Source: a virus. Taken from it: a DNA stretch of 64,000 bases. Of this stretch, positions 17,449 through 27,250 are shown piece by piece. The position numbers and the translations under genes were made by a program. The stretch is from positions 13,617-77,616 of the IMG/VR virus record IMGVR_UViG_3300029455_000002; one strand, written 5' to 3'. The notes under the pieces are model-generated. The model saw only the letters and a program-made list of their open reading frames with translations. It had not been told where the DNA came from and did no database searches. The number at the start of each line of letters is the position of its first letter. The stretch's first letter is position 1.

Positions 17449-17790
17449 ATGCAAATAGGAGATTTGGAAAAATGGAGCATAGATCAACTCAAAATTGAAG
17501 TTGTTCGGCTGTCGACAGTGTGTGAGAAAAAACAGCATGAGATTTTACACAAAAATGAGAAAATCAACGAGCTTTATGCTGAACTGGATAAAATGTTCGC
17601 TTATAACAATAAGTTAATAAGACAGGTGAACGAAAAGGCAGATACACCATTTTACGACGAATCTGTAGAAATCGCAAAATGTCACAGACAGCATCAGGAG
17701 GATTGCATTACGATTAACCAGTTGCATACAGCGCTTGATGTTCTGATTGACCGATATGCGAATCTGAGAAAGATTCATGGACTGAGCTGA
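17449..17790 (+). CDS. hypothetical coiled-coil protein
   Basis: GGGAGGGA RBS; 113 aa. Confidence 0.55.
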   Translation: MQIGDLEKWSIDQLKIEVVRLSTVCEKKQHEILHKNEKINELYAELDKMFAYNNKLIRQVNEKADTPFYDESVEIAKCHRQHQEDCITINQLHTALDVLIDRYANLRKIHGLS

Positions 17791-18032
17791 TGAGAATTAT
17801 TTATACAGGCTCGGACATTGATTTTCTTGACACCACGTACAATCTTGAGGGAGAATGCCACCGAATGAACATTCCGACTAGGTTCTATCCAGACAGACAC
17901 TTGCTTCTGGCAGGGAATACGACTGTAATATACAACCAAACGGGAAATCTTTCTAAAACATGGAAAGCAGATTACATCGGGGACAATTATTTGACGATTT
18001 TGACATTGATCAGAAAGGACAACGGTAAATGA
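17790..18032 (+). CDS. hypothetical protein
   Basis: TGATG coupling; 80 aa. Confidence 0.5.
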   Translation: MRIIYTGSDIDFLDTTYNLEGECHRMNIPTRFYPDRHLLLAGNTTVIYNQTGNLSKTWKADYIGDNYLTILTLIRKDNGK

Positions 18033-18262
18033 GTATCAAAACAGCACTTGAATCAGAGGGAGTAGACTTCTCCCAATATATGAATCCTCCAGAGCCATGG
18101 GATGGAACAGCACAAATTAAAATGGAAAATGGCACAAAGTGGGTGATTTGCCCGTTTTGTGGAAAGAAAGCCTTAAAGATTTTCCCGACTACAAAAATTT
18201 ATCGGATGCCGTATAAGTGCAAGGGAAGCAACTGTAAGAAAGAGTTTATGGTGAATGTATGA
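18029..18262 (+). CDS. zinc-ribbon protein (Mu Com-like pattern)
   Basis: CPFCGKK...CKGSNCKKEF. Confidence 0.4.
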   Translation: MSIKTALESEGVDFSQYMNPPEPWDGTAQIKMENGTKWVICPFCGKKALKIFPTTKIYRMPYKCKGSNCKKEFMVNV

Positions 18263-18354
18263 ATAAAAAAAGAATCAAATGCTTTCTAACGGGCGGATGT
18301 AAAATCAAACGTTCAGATTTTGGCTTTGAATGGCCAGCGAAAGGAGAATAAATC

Positions 18355-18903
18355 ATGAAAAGCACATGGAAAGTATTATTAATTTCACTTGTAGGAGTTA
18401 TAGCAATTGCAATATTCGGAATCTTTGGAGTGCAGAGTTTCCAGAATCATGCGATAGCATTGGAAGAGCAGGTGGAATCAGCATCTTCGGATATCAAGAT
18501 ACAGGAGAAGCGTAGAGTTGATCTGGTATATAATCTTGCAGATTGTGTGAAGCAATACGATAAGCATGAAAGTGAAACATTAAAAGCTATTGTTTCCGGA
18601 AGAACTTCTGGTTCGAATGATATTGAGAATGTTACTACTGCAATTTCGGCTGTGAGTGAAGCGTACCCAGAGTTGAAATCTTCTGATAACTATAAGCAAC
18701 TTATGACAGAACTTTCCTTGACAGAGAATCTTATTGCAGAATACAGGGAGAATTACAATAAATCAGTCAAAGCATATCGAAAATATGTGAAAGCATTTCC
18801 GCAGAGATCATTCTTAAATATGCTCGGATATGATAAAAAAGAATTTGAATTGCTTGATTTCGGCGCACCAGAATCGGCACCGCAGAACCTGTTTGAGGAA
18901 TAG
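18355..18903 (+). CDS. lemA: LemA family membrane protein
   Basis: N-terminal TM helix followed by the LemA-type core (EKRRVDLVYNL...YDKHESETL...YPELKS..NY..L). Confidence 0.8.
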   Translation: MKSTWKVLLISLVGVIAIAIFGIFGVQSFQNHAIALEEQVESASSDIKIQEKRRVDLVYNLADCVKQYDKHESETLKAIVSGRTSGSNDIENVTTAISAVSEAYPELKSSDNYKQLMTELSLTENLIAEYRENYNKSVKAYRKYVKAFPQRSFLNMLGYDKKEFELLDFGAPESAPQNLFEE

Positions 18904-18907
18904 AGAT

Positions 18908-19654
18908 ATGAAGACGAAAAGAGGTTGGGATTTTGGAAGTTTTGAGGTTACTAAGAGAGAAATTATTGCTAGTATTTCAATCATTGCAGTAATGCTTCTT
19001 ATAGGAACAGTGATTTCTTCCAAAATATCTGACTGGCAGATAAATCAAAATGATAAATACAATAAAGCTGTAAAAATTCAATCCACAGATTTGTTTCAGT
19101 ATGGAATGGAGACTAACGTCGGTAATGCTTTTGTATATGGCGAATTAAAAGCTGTAGATACAGTTACTTACCCGGAAATTGGTGGCAAATACATATATGT
19201 TAAAAAAGTAAAGGAAAAATACACGCGACACACCAGAAGAGTAGCACATAAATCTGGAAAGAGAACTTATTATACCACAGAAACGTATTGGACATGGGAT
19301 TATGTAGGAAAAGAAAGTAAGAAAGCTAAAAAGATAAATTTCTGTGGAATTGATTTCAAAAGCAATAAAATTGTTCTTCCAGATGACGAGTACATTGATA
19401 CAGTAAAAGAGTCCAGTTATATCAGATACAAGTACTACGGAGTTGGAACGAAGTACAAAGGAACAATTTTTACGTCACTAAAAGACAAAACAATCAGTGA
19501 TAAGACTAAATTTTACAACAACCAAAATATCGAAGAAACAGTAAAACTCTTAGAAACCGGAGTATGGTTAATTTTATTTCGTGTTTTATGGGCTATCTTG
19601 ACAGGAACGGTTGTTTTTGGATTTTATTACTTAGATAATGATTGGTTAGAATAA
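18908..19654 (+). CDS. membrane protein partnered with LemA
   Basis: Internal ATG at 18908; N-terminal TM helix and C-terminal double TM helices. Confidence 0.55.
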   Translation: MKTKRGWDFGSFEVTKREIIASISIIAVMLLIGTVISSKISDWQINQNDKYNKAVKIQSTDLFQYGMETNVGNAFVYGELKAVDTVTYPEIGGKYIYVKKVKEKYTRHTRRVAHKSGKRTYYTTETYWTWDYVGKESKKAKKINFCGIDFKSNKIVLPDDEYIDTVKESSYIRYKYYGVGTKYKGTIFTSLKDKTISDKTKFYNNQNIEETVKLLETGVWLILFRVLWAILTGTVVFGFYYLDNDWLE

Positions 19655-19673
19655 ACAGTCAAAGAGCCACATG

Positions 19674-19720
19674 AGAGCCAGACTAAATCCTAAGAAGAAA
19701 GGAGGTCTGGCTCTATTTTT
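19674..19720 (+). terminator. 10-bp hairpin plus T-run abutting the terL start
   Basis: AGAGCCAGAC / GTCTGGCTCT, then ATTTTT; the only GGAGG lies at the junction of the loop and the 3' arm. Confidence 0.5.
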
Positions 19721-21457
19721 ATGCAAAAATTCACAGAAGGCTCGATTGAATGGTATCGGGCAATCCTAAATCAAATCATCAATGACGATATGACGGTATA
19801 TCAAAACCAGAAAGATTGCCTTGATCTGCTGTTAAATATGAATATTGATCTTCCTTTCAAGGATAATCCAGATGCACAGAACATGGCAATGAAAGTCAGT
19901 CGGTACGCTCATAATAAAGCTGCGAAAAAGGCAGCAGTTACAGGAAGTGGTTCATTTGACGATTTGTACTGGCAGTATTTGTTGATGGAATCACAGAACT
20001 ATCAGGTTGACAGCGGACTTCTTTACCTTGAAAAGAACCGAATCCCGAAAGAACGATTCTACGAACCACGAAGAAATGTGTTCTTACAACATAACATCAT
20101 AGGTTCACTACAAGACCTGATGGATGACAAATTAGATATATTTGCATTAAGCGTACCTCCGGGTTGTGGAAAGAGTACTCTGGAAGATTTCTTTTTATCA
20201 TTGGTAGGTGGATGGTTCCCGAATGACTTTAACCTGTCTTCGGCACACAGTAGCATTCTGACACGTTCCCTTTATGATGGTGTTCTGGAAATTATCAATG
20301 ATCCCGTGGAATACACGTGGCATGAGATATTCCCTAACGTAGGAATTCAGGGAACAAATGCAAAAGAAACGACAGTAAACCTTGAAAGAAATGGACGTTT
20401 TAAAACTTGGACGTTCCGTTCAATTGATGGTTCTCTGACTGGTGCGACCCGATGCAACCGATTCCTTACCGCCGATGACCTTGTGTCTGGTATTGAGGAA
20501 GCGTTGAACAAAAACCGATTAGATACCCTGTGGACAAAAGTAGTAAATGACTTACGTTCCCGTAGACTTGAAGGGTGCAAAGAGTTTTACATTGCTACCA
20601 GATGGTCAGTGCATGACCCTATCGGAAAGCTACAGCAGTTATACGCCGGGAACCCTAGAGCGAGGTTCATAGCAGTACCGGCACTTGATGAGAATGGCAA
20701 AAGCAATTTTTTATTCACAGTAAATGGGTTCTCTGAGAAATATTTCAACGATGCTAAAGAGTCCATGGACGAAATCTCTTATAACTGTCTTTACCAGCAA
20801 CAACCGGTAGAACGTGAAGGATTATTGCTTCCGCCAGATAAGCTAAAAAGATTTTTCTTTGGCAAAGAAGACGTTCCCGATGGATGCACGGACGAATACA
20901 CAATTATACCAGACAGAGAAGCAGATGCGATATGGGCAGTATGCGATACAAAAGATAAAGGTACAGATTTTGAATCATTACCTATTGCATATCAATATGG
21001 GGATAAATTTTTTATCCCGGACGTTGTTTTCGATGATACCACAGATTACGACATCCTGGACAGAAAGACTGCTGATATCTTGATAAAACACAATCCGCAT
21101 AAAATCAGATTCGAGTCAAATAACGTAGGAAATCGTGTTGCGCACAACATTCAAAAGATAATCTCAGGGAAATGCCGAGCGGATATCGAAACAAGACCTA
21201 CGCAAGCAAATAAAGAAACAAAAATTCTTGTAAATTCTGATTACATATCAAAACATTTTTATTTTTTGCATCCAAGCCAGTATAAACCAAAATCCGACTA
21301 CGGATTATTTATGGCAAATGTAACCACATATACCACAAGGGCAAAAGTAGCTCACGATGATGGCCCGGACAGCTTGGCAATGATGGCAGAGTACGTGCAG
21401 AATCCATTAGGCGGAAAAGCAACTGCAATGCGCAATCCATTTTGGGGAAGGAGATAA
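19721..21457 (+). CDS. terL: terminase large subunit
   Basis: Walker A SVPPGCGKST; size, C-terminal nuclease-like region and position upstream of portal. Confidence 0.85.
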   Translation: MQKFTEGSIEWYRAILNQIINDDMTVYQNQKDCLDLLLNMNIDLPFKDNPDAQNMAMKVSRYAHNKAAKKAAVTGSGSFDDLYWQYLLMESQNYQVDSGLLYLEKNRIPKERFYEPRRNVFLQHNIIGSLQDLMDDKLDIFALSVPPGCGKSTLEDFFLSLVGGWFPNDFNLSSAHSSILTRSLYDGVLEIINDPVEYTWHEIFPNVGIQGTNAKETTVNLERNGRFKTWTFRSIDGSLTGATRCNRFLTADDLVSGIEEALNKNRLDTLWTKVVNDLRSRRLEGCKEFYIATRWSVHDPIGKLQQLYAGNPRARFIAVPALDENGKSNFLFTVNGFSEKYFNDAKESMDEISYNCLYQQQPVEREGLLLPPDKLKRFFFGKEDVPDGCTDEYTIIPDREADAIWAVCDTKDKGTDFESLPIAYQYGDKFFIPDVVFDDTTDYDILDRKTADILIKHNPHKIRFESNNVGNRVAHNIQKIISGKCRADIETRPTQANKETKILVNSDYISKHFYFLHPSQYKPKSDYGLFMANVTTYTTRAKVAHDDGPDSLAMMAEYVQNPLGGKATAMRNPFWGRR

Positions 21458-21458
21458 T

Positions 21459-21878
21459 ATGACCACAAGAGAATATTTAGAACAAGTTCGTGATTATAAG
21501 AGAAAAATCGAAAACAAAATTTCTGAAGAATATCAGCTCAGAATGCTGGCTACAAGTTTATCTTCTTTTTCAACCGGAGAAAAAGTTCAAACATCCGGTA
21601 CAAAAGATCATGTAGGCGATACAATCGTAAAGATTGCCGATCTGCAACAAGAAATTGCTAAAGATATTTCCGAAATGTCAGATATTCAGCAGGAAGTATC
21701 AAGCACCATTAATAGCCTTGATAATTCTCTATATTCTCAGTTGCTGCACAAAAAATATGTGGAATACAAAAGTCTTGTTACAGTAGCTGACGAAATGGGA
21801 TATTCAATTCAGCACATCCGTTCTTGCCATTTGAAAGCAATTGAATCAGTCAAAAAAGTAAAAGGATTCAAAAGATAG
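21459..21878 (+). CDS. sigma-70 region-4-like / phage late transcription regulator-like protein
   Basis: C-terminal YKSLVTVADEMGYSIQHIRSCHLKAIESV HTH; sits directly upstream of the conserved late-promoter-like 24-mer. Confidence 0.5.
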   Translation: MTTREYLEQVRDYKRKIENKISEEYQLRMLATSLSSFSTGEKVQTSGTKDHVGDTIVKIADLQQEIAKDISEMSDIQQEVSSTINSLDNSLYSQLLHKKYVEYKSLVTVADEMGYSIQHIRSCHLKAIESVKKVKGFKR

Positions 21879-21965
21879 TATGCAATCATATGGAATCATA
21901 TTGATAATATATTATATAATATAAGCTGTAAAATAAGCGCTGAGGTCGAACCTTGGTGCTTTTTT
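21879..21965 (+). promoter_or_regulatory. repeat cassette copy 1: conserved 24-mer, -10 element, terminator hairpin and T6
   Basis: TATGCAATCATATGGAATCATATT (21879-21902), 12 nt, TATAAT (21915-21920), hairpin 21940-21956, T-run 21960-21965. Confidence 0.55.
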
Positions 21966-21991
21966 CATGCAGAAAAATAGGAGGACAGGCA

Positions 21992-23446
21992 GTGGGGAGA
22001 AACAAAATAAACTTTGTTGACCTATGCCAAGGAGAGTTTGGCAGAAAGATTGCCTATACTGGCGTAGACCAGATTACTCCCCAGAATGTGGCACAGGTTC
22101 TTTCTGATACAATTGGAATCCACAACAGGAACAGAACATTGATAGATTATCTATACAGATATTACAAAGGCGACCAGCCGATTCTATATCGTGAGAAACT
22201 TGTTCGCCCAGAGGTCAACAATAAAGTTGTTGAGAATCATGCCCTTGAAACAGTCAAATTCAAGGCAGGGCAGATATACGGAGAACCTATTCAGTATGTC
22301 TGCAAAAAGAAAAAAGCAAGTGAAAAAATAAATGAACAAGTTGACCGGTTCAATGATTATCTGGATGAAGCTAATGCAGATGCCAGAAACATTCAATTAG
22401 GAATATACCAGAGTGCGGTAGGAACTGCATATAAAGCAATTCTGAGAGAAGATGAATGGACAGAAAACGGAGATTTACCGCCTTTTAGAATATTTATTCC
22501 ATCACCGCAGGATGTATATATTGTTTATTCAAACGCCACAGGCAAACCGATGCTTTCCGTCCAGATTTTAAAAGACGAGGACAATCAGCAATATTATCAG
22601 TGTTATTCTTCCAGACAATATTTCAAAATACAAAATGCAGTGGTGACAGAATCCGGAATCAATGGTTTTGGTGGCATTCCAATTGTTGAATACCCAAATA
22701 ATCACGACAGACTTTCCGACATTGAAATTGCGATCACAATGTATGATGCAATCAACAAATATCAATCTGACAGGCTGAATGGTGTTGAGCAGTTCGTGCA
22801 AGCCCTGATGAAATTTAAGAACTGTGAGATTGATGAAGCAGAGTTTGTAAAGATGGTTAAACTCGGTGCGGTATCAGTAAAAGATGTTGGAAACGGAACA
22901 CAATCAGACGTTGATTTAATGACCGCTGAACTAAACCAGTCAGAGAGTCAGGTTGCAAAAGATGATATTTACAACAATATGCTCATTGTAGAAGCGATGC
23001 CAAACCGTCAGAGCAATACAGGCGGTGATACTGGTAATGCAGTATATCTGAGGAATGGTTGGGATTTCGCAGAGAGAGACGCAAAATTAGTAGAAGCGTT
23101 CACAAAAGAAGCTGAAAAGGCATCTGCCAGAATTATTTTGAATATTATTCGAAAAACATCAATGGATGTAAATATTTCAACCAGAGATTTCGATGTAAAA
23201 ATCACCAGAAACCCGACTGATAATATGCTTGTTAAAGCACAGGCGCTTGATTATCTGTTCAAAAATAAAATTCATCCGCTTATTGCGCTGATTACTTGCG
23301 GATTATTTAGTGATCCGCAAAAAGTATATGAAATGAGCTTACCATATCTTGGAACTATTTACCCGGAATTGGCAGACCCGGACTCAGAGCTGCAGAAAGC
23401 GCAAGATTTGCTGAATGGCTTTAACAAGGATGTGATTACAGAATGA
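21992..23446 (+). CDS. portal protein (SPP1 gp6-like)
   Basis: GTG start with an AGGAGG RBS; YYKGDQPILYREK...NNKVVENHA pattern; position after terL. Confidence 0.8.
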   Translation: MGRNKINFVDLCQGEFGRKIAYTGVDQITPQNVAQVLSDTIGIHNRNRTLIDYLYRYYKGDQPILYREKLVRPEVNNKVVENHALETVKFKAGQIYGEPIQYVCKKKKASEKINEQVDRFNDYLDEANADARNIQLGIYQSAVGTAYKAILREDEWTENGDLPPFRIFIPSPQDVYIVYSNATGKPMLSVQILKDEDNQQYYQCYSSRQYFKIQNAVVTESGINGFGGIPIVEYPNNHDRLSDIEIAITMYDAINKYQSDRLNGVEQFVQALMKFKNCEIDEAEFVKMVKLGAVSVKDVGNGTQSDVDLMTAELNQSESQVAKDDIYNNMLIVEAMPNRQSNTGGDTGNAVYLRNGWDFAERDAKLVEAFTKEAEKASARIILNIIRKTSMDVNISTRDFDVKITRNPTDNMLVKAQALDYLFKNKIHPLIALITCGLFSDPQKVYEMSLPYLGTIYPELADPDSELQKAQDLLNGFNKDVITE

Positions 23447-24096
23447 ATGTTTCATCATACGATGAATTGAATATCAGACCCAGTAATCGCAGAAGCGAAC
23501 CGTATAAAGAATATTTCAGCAAAATGTCGATATCACACAAAGAAAAGCAAGAAAGGATAGCTTTTTCCGAACAAATGGAAGAAGTTGTCCTTTATATTTT
23601 GGCGCTGATAGAAACAACCATAGAAAGCGGAGAAACAAACCGAGAATATATCCAGACTCAATTTTATGACAAATATCTGGATGTAATTGCTTCGTATACG
23701 CTTATAGACACATATATCAAGCAATATGCTCTTGGCGTGACACAACAAATTATTGATGCAACATTTGAAAGATTTTCTTCCGAAGATAAAAGCATTACTG
23801 ATGATTATTACCTGTCAAACGACCGGGCAATGTTTATTTCAGAATGCGAAGCTAATTCGATACTGAATTACAGACAGTATTCAAATGCTGTAAAAGCAGG
23901 AAAGACAAAGAAGAAATGGGTTGACGTAGGAGACAAAAGAGAACGAAAGACACATCTTGAAGTCGGAGGAACCACGCTCCCGATTGATGAGCCGTTTTCG
24001 GTTGGAGATAGCTTGCTACAATTTCCCAAAGATACCTCATTAGGAGCTTCGGCAGACGAGATTGTGAATTGCCGGTGTTCAATTCAATATAGTTAA
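23443..24096 (+). CDS. minor head / head morphogenesis protein (SPP1 gp7-like)
   Basis: The C-terminal ...RKTHLEVGG...NCRCSIQY motif is typical of this family. Confidence 0.7.
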   Translation: MNVSSYDELNIRPSNRRSEPYKEYFSKMSISHKEKQERIAFSEQMEEVVLYILALIETTIESGETNREYIQTQFYDKYLDVIASYTLIDTYIKQYALGVTQQIIDATFERFSSEDKSITDDYYLSNDRAMFISECEANSILNYRQYSNAVKAGKTKKKWVDVGDKRERKTHLEVGGTTLPIDEPFSVGDSLLQFPKDTSLGASADEIVNCRCSIQYS

Positions 24097-24219
24097 TTTA
24101 GGGACGAGTAAAATCGTCTCTTTTTATTTAAAAAATATGCACCCCGATAGCGTAATCATGGGAGACACCTTGAGCTGAGCGAACAGCGTAAAAAAGCGTA
24201 TTGGTGACAGGAGATTTCA

Positions 24220-24846
24220 ATGACAAGAGAAGATGTTAAAAAGATTTTCCCAGATGCAACCGATGACCAGATTACTTCTTTTCTGAATCAGTCAAATTCT
24301 GATGTGGCTAAAGAGAAAGCAAAAGCCCAGAAAGCAAAAGAGCAGGCTGATAAAGCAGAAGCACTGGAAAAAGAACTGGAAGAATTAAAAAAACAGAACA
24401 TGACTGAAGCTGAGAAAGCAGAACTGGAACGTCAGAAAGAAAAAGCTGCAAACGAAAAAAGAATTTCTGACCTTGAATCTGCACTTGCGACTTCACAAAA
24501 AGAAGCACTCGTAGGGAAAATTACTTCTATTTTTGCAAACGCAGGAATGAAAGGAGATGCCTATGCAGGAGCGATCAAAGCGTTTTCTAACATGAACGCA
24601 GAGGATGCTCTCAAAGAAGCTCAGACATTTGTCGATGAAATTTCCGTAGAAAATAAAAACGCTCTTGATACCGCAAAAGCAGCTTGGGAGAAAGAAGCAC
24701 TTGAAAATACACCTAATCCCGGTGGCGGTAAATCTGGTGGAGAACCAGAAAAGAAAAGCGAAGCATCTGAATACGCAAAAGCGTACTCAGCAAAAATGTG
24801 TCCAGAAAATAAACCGGCAGATGATAATGCCCCAGTAAATATTTAA
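24220..24846 (+). CDS. scaffolding protein
   Basis: Lys/Glu/Ala-rich coiled coil positioned before the capsid gene. Confidence 0.7.
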   Translation: MTREDVKKIFPDATDDQITSFLNQSNSDVAKEKAKAQKAKEQADKAEALEKELEELKKQNMTEAEKAELERQKEKAANEKRISDLESALATSQKEALVGKITSIFANAGMKGDAYAGAIKAFSNMNAEDALKEAQTFVDEISVENKNALDTAKAAWEKEALENTPNPGGGKSGGEPEKKSEASEYAKAYSAKMCPENKPADDNAPVNI

Positions 24847-24864
24847 GTAAAGGAGATTTAGATT

Positions 24865-25209
24865 ATGGCTTTTATGAAAACAGAGCAGTACGAATCCACA
24901 CCTAACATCCTCGAATCCGAGGTAGGACTGGTTCTTAAAACCTATACAGCAGAACAGACAAATGCTGAAACCGTTGGAACTAAGAAGATTATCAAAGCAG
25001 GTTCTGTATATCCGACAAACGCAACTGGTGCTAAAGGCATTGTATTTGAAGACGTCGATATGACAGACGATACAAAACGACCGATTTCCGTAATTGTTGC
25101 AGGACGTGTTCTTGAAAAAAGACTTCCGGTAACAGTAGATACTACTGCAAAAACGGAGCTTGAAAAAGCAGGTATCGTTTTTGTGACTACTACAGACCCA
25201 GAATTTTAA
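24865..25209 (+). CDS. putative head decoration/accessory protein
   Basis: 114-aa ORF between the scaffold and major capsid genes. Confidence 0.4.
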   Translation: MAFMKTEQYESTPNILESEVGLVLKTYTAEQTNAETVGTKKIIKAGSVYPTNATGAKGIVFEDVDMTDDTKRPISVIVAGRVLEKRLPVTVDTTAKTELEKAGIVFVTTTDPEF

Positions 25210-25222
25210 GGAGGTATAGCAG

Positions 25223-26260
25223 ATGCCATTTAATATTTTAGAATCAATCACACAGGAAGAAAGACTTAACTTTTCTCAGGATTTCAGTGTAAAAAGACCA
25301 GGCATTCTTGACACCATATTTCCGGATGTCAAAACCCAGTTCCTGAAAGCCGAATACTACAGACTTATGGCTGGACAAAGACTGCCGGAGGTAGCATTCG
25401 TTCACGCTCTCGATACCGAAGCGGAAATTGGCTCCAGACCGGGATTCGAAAAAGTTCTGACTGAAAAGCTCTTCATCAAGAGAAAAATCAATCAGTCTGA
25501 GAGATTACAGCAGGCAATTGAAAATGGTGTGCCAGATGATGAGAATTTAAAGAAATTTGTATTTGATGATGCAGCTAATCTGTTTGAAGGAGTTGTTGCT
25601 AGAGCAAATGTCATGAAAGGCCAATTTCTTAGCACAGGTGTTGTAAAAATTAAAGAAAACAATGTGGATATGAGCATTGATTATGGTGTTCCGTCCGATG
25701 CAAAAGTAGAAATGACAGACTGGTCTAAACCAGATGCAGATATCATGGGTGATATCCAGAAGATGGTCGCTATTGCAGAAGATAATGGATTTGTGGTAAA
25801 CAAAGCCCTGACATCGCTTAAAATGATTAACTACATGAGAAATAACACTGCAATGCAGACCGCAGTTTTAGGAGCAGCTAACAAACGTCTTCTGACTAAA
25901 CAGGAACTCGCTAATCTGCTTATGCAGGAATACGGAATCACAATTGATCGCTGTGACGAGAAATTCAGATTCAGAAAAGCGGATGGTTCTCTCAAAACAG
26001 GAAGATACTTTAAAGAAGATGTATTCACTCTGTATGAAGCAGAGCCGAACGGTTCATTTGGTACTGGACTCTGGGGCGTAACACCAGAGGAACTTGAGTA
26101 CAGACAGTTCATTCAGGAAGAAAATCGCTCCTTCGTAACACTGTCCATGTGGGCTACACAAGACCCAGTTGCAGTTTGGACTAAAGCATCAGGTATGTTT
26201 GTTCCAGTAGCAGCAAAAGCTAATGGCGGTATCGTAATCGGTACCAAAGCGGGGGAATAA
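25223..26260 (+). CDS. major capsid protein
   Basis: 345 aa; AAGGAGG RBS; position; resembles the gpE-type capsid family. Confidence 0.75.
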   Translation: MPFNILESITQEERLNFSQDFSVKRPGILDTIFPDVKTQFLKAEYYRLMAGQRLPEVAFVHALDTEAEIGSRPGFEKVLTEKLFIKRKINQSERLQQAIENGVPDDENLKKFVFDDAANLFEGVVARANVMKGQFLSTGVVKIKENNVDMSIDYGVPSDAKVEMTDWSKPDADIMGDIQKMVAIAEDNGFVVNKALTSLKMINYMRNNTAMQTAVLGAANKRLLTKQELANLLMQEYGITIDRCDEKFRFRKADGSLKTGRYFKEDVFTLYEAEPNGSFGTGLWGVTPEELEYRQFIQEENRSFVTLSMWATQDPVAVWTKASGMFVPVAAKANGGIVIGTKAGE

Positions 26261-26354
26261 ACGGGCATAGTCTTGACGAGAACAGCCAGTCACCATCTGT
26301 AGCAAGTGTTGACGATACCTCAAAACACAAATATACAGAAAGCGAGCTGTCAAG

Positions 26355-26460
26355 CATGACAGTGGTTCAACTGAAACAGTTCGCAAGTGACAATGGCTAT
26401 GCCCTCATATCTACAAATAAGGCTGGTATTATCTCGGAAATTTTATCTCAGCAAGGGTAG
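26355..26460 (+). CDS. HeH/SAP-like (Rho-N-type) peptide; true start unresolved
   Basis: MTVVQLKQFASDNGYALISTNKAGIISEIL; the frame is open from 26224 with no ATG/GTG/TTG before 26355. Confidence 0.35.
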
Positions 26461-26470
26461 GTGATCTTAA

Positions 26471-26797
26471 ATGAACGAACAGCTTGTAAATGATCTGAAA
26501 GAGTATCTATCCGACGATGCGGAAACTGACGGTATGATTTCTTTATCTGTAAAACGTGCAATTCGTTCATTTAAAAAGAAGCGCAACTATCCGTCTGGAT
26601 ATACAGAGGAAAAAATCAACACCGATATGGAATATTGCTATGATTGTATATTTGATCTGGCTCTCTATTTCCTTGTGAAACAGGGAGCCGAGTTCCAAGA
26701 ATCGCACTCTGAAAATTCAGTAAGTCGAAACTGGGAATCCGAAACAGAAATATATATCAATCATGGCGTTTTTCCATTTGCAGGAAGTTTAATTTAA
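26471..26797 (+). CDS. head-tail connector (gp6-like adaptor)
   Basis: Size, position after the capsid gene, and N-terminal LVNDLKEYL..DD pattern. Confidence 0.55.
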   Translation: MNEQLVNDLKEYLSDDAETDGMISLSVKRAIRSFKKKRNYPSGYTEEKINTDMEYCYDCIFDLALYFLVKQGAEFQESHSENSVSRNWESETEIYINHGVFPFAGSLI

Positions 26798-26909
26798 TAA
26801 GATGGTTGGGTCACGTGGCACAGTATTTTTGTCCTCCCGGAGTGCCGCTGGGTTGCTTATATTCAGTAGGGAAAAGCAAATGTTAAGGGAGTGAAGAAAG
26901 GAACTGGCG

Positions 26910-27221
26910 ATGGGATGTGAACACGAATGTTTTAATGAACACCGCATAGCAGAATTAGAAGATAATCTTCGGAAGATGCAAGAAAGACAATCCGACCGCA
27001 ATAAAGAGTTTTATGAGCGCATCGGGGAACTGGAAAGAAAAACAGCATTAAGCGAAAACGACTTGAACCATATCAAGTCAACTGTAGATGAGATGAATAA
27101 CAATATAAAAACTCTCATGGCAGTTCCAGGAAAGCGCTATGATACAATCATTGTATGTGTTATTACGGCAATTGTCAGCGCAGTTATCGGATTTATGTTA
27201 AAAGGCATTCTTCCAGTTTGA
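26910..27221 (+). CDS. XhlA-like coiled-coil membrane protein
   Basis: Heptad coiled coil followed by the single C-terminal TM helix IIVCVITAIVSAVIGFML. Confidence 0.5.
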   Translation: MGCEHECFNEHRIAELEDNLRKMQERQSDRNKEFYERIGELERKTALSENDLNHIKSTVDEMNNNIKTLMAVPGKRYDTIIVCVITAIVSAVIGFMLKGILPV

Positions 27222-27250
27222 TTCCACTTGTAAGGGAGGACGGTGGAAAT

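Noticed and set aside
26808-26838. Left-border sequence considered as a definite partner site for the 29-bp palindrome at 36975
   Set aside because: The similarity is loose and judged by eye only. It is kept as a hypothesis inside the cassette finding and is not annotated as a feature.
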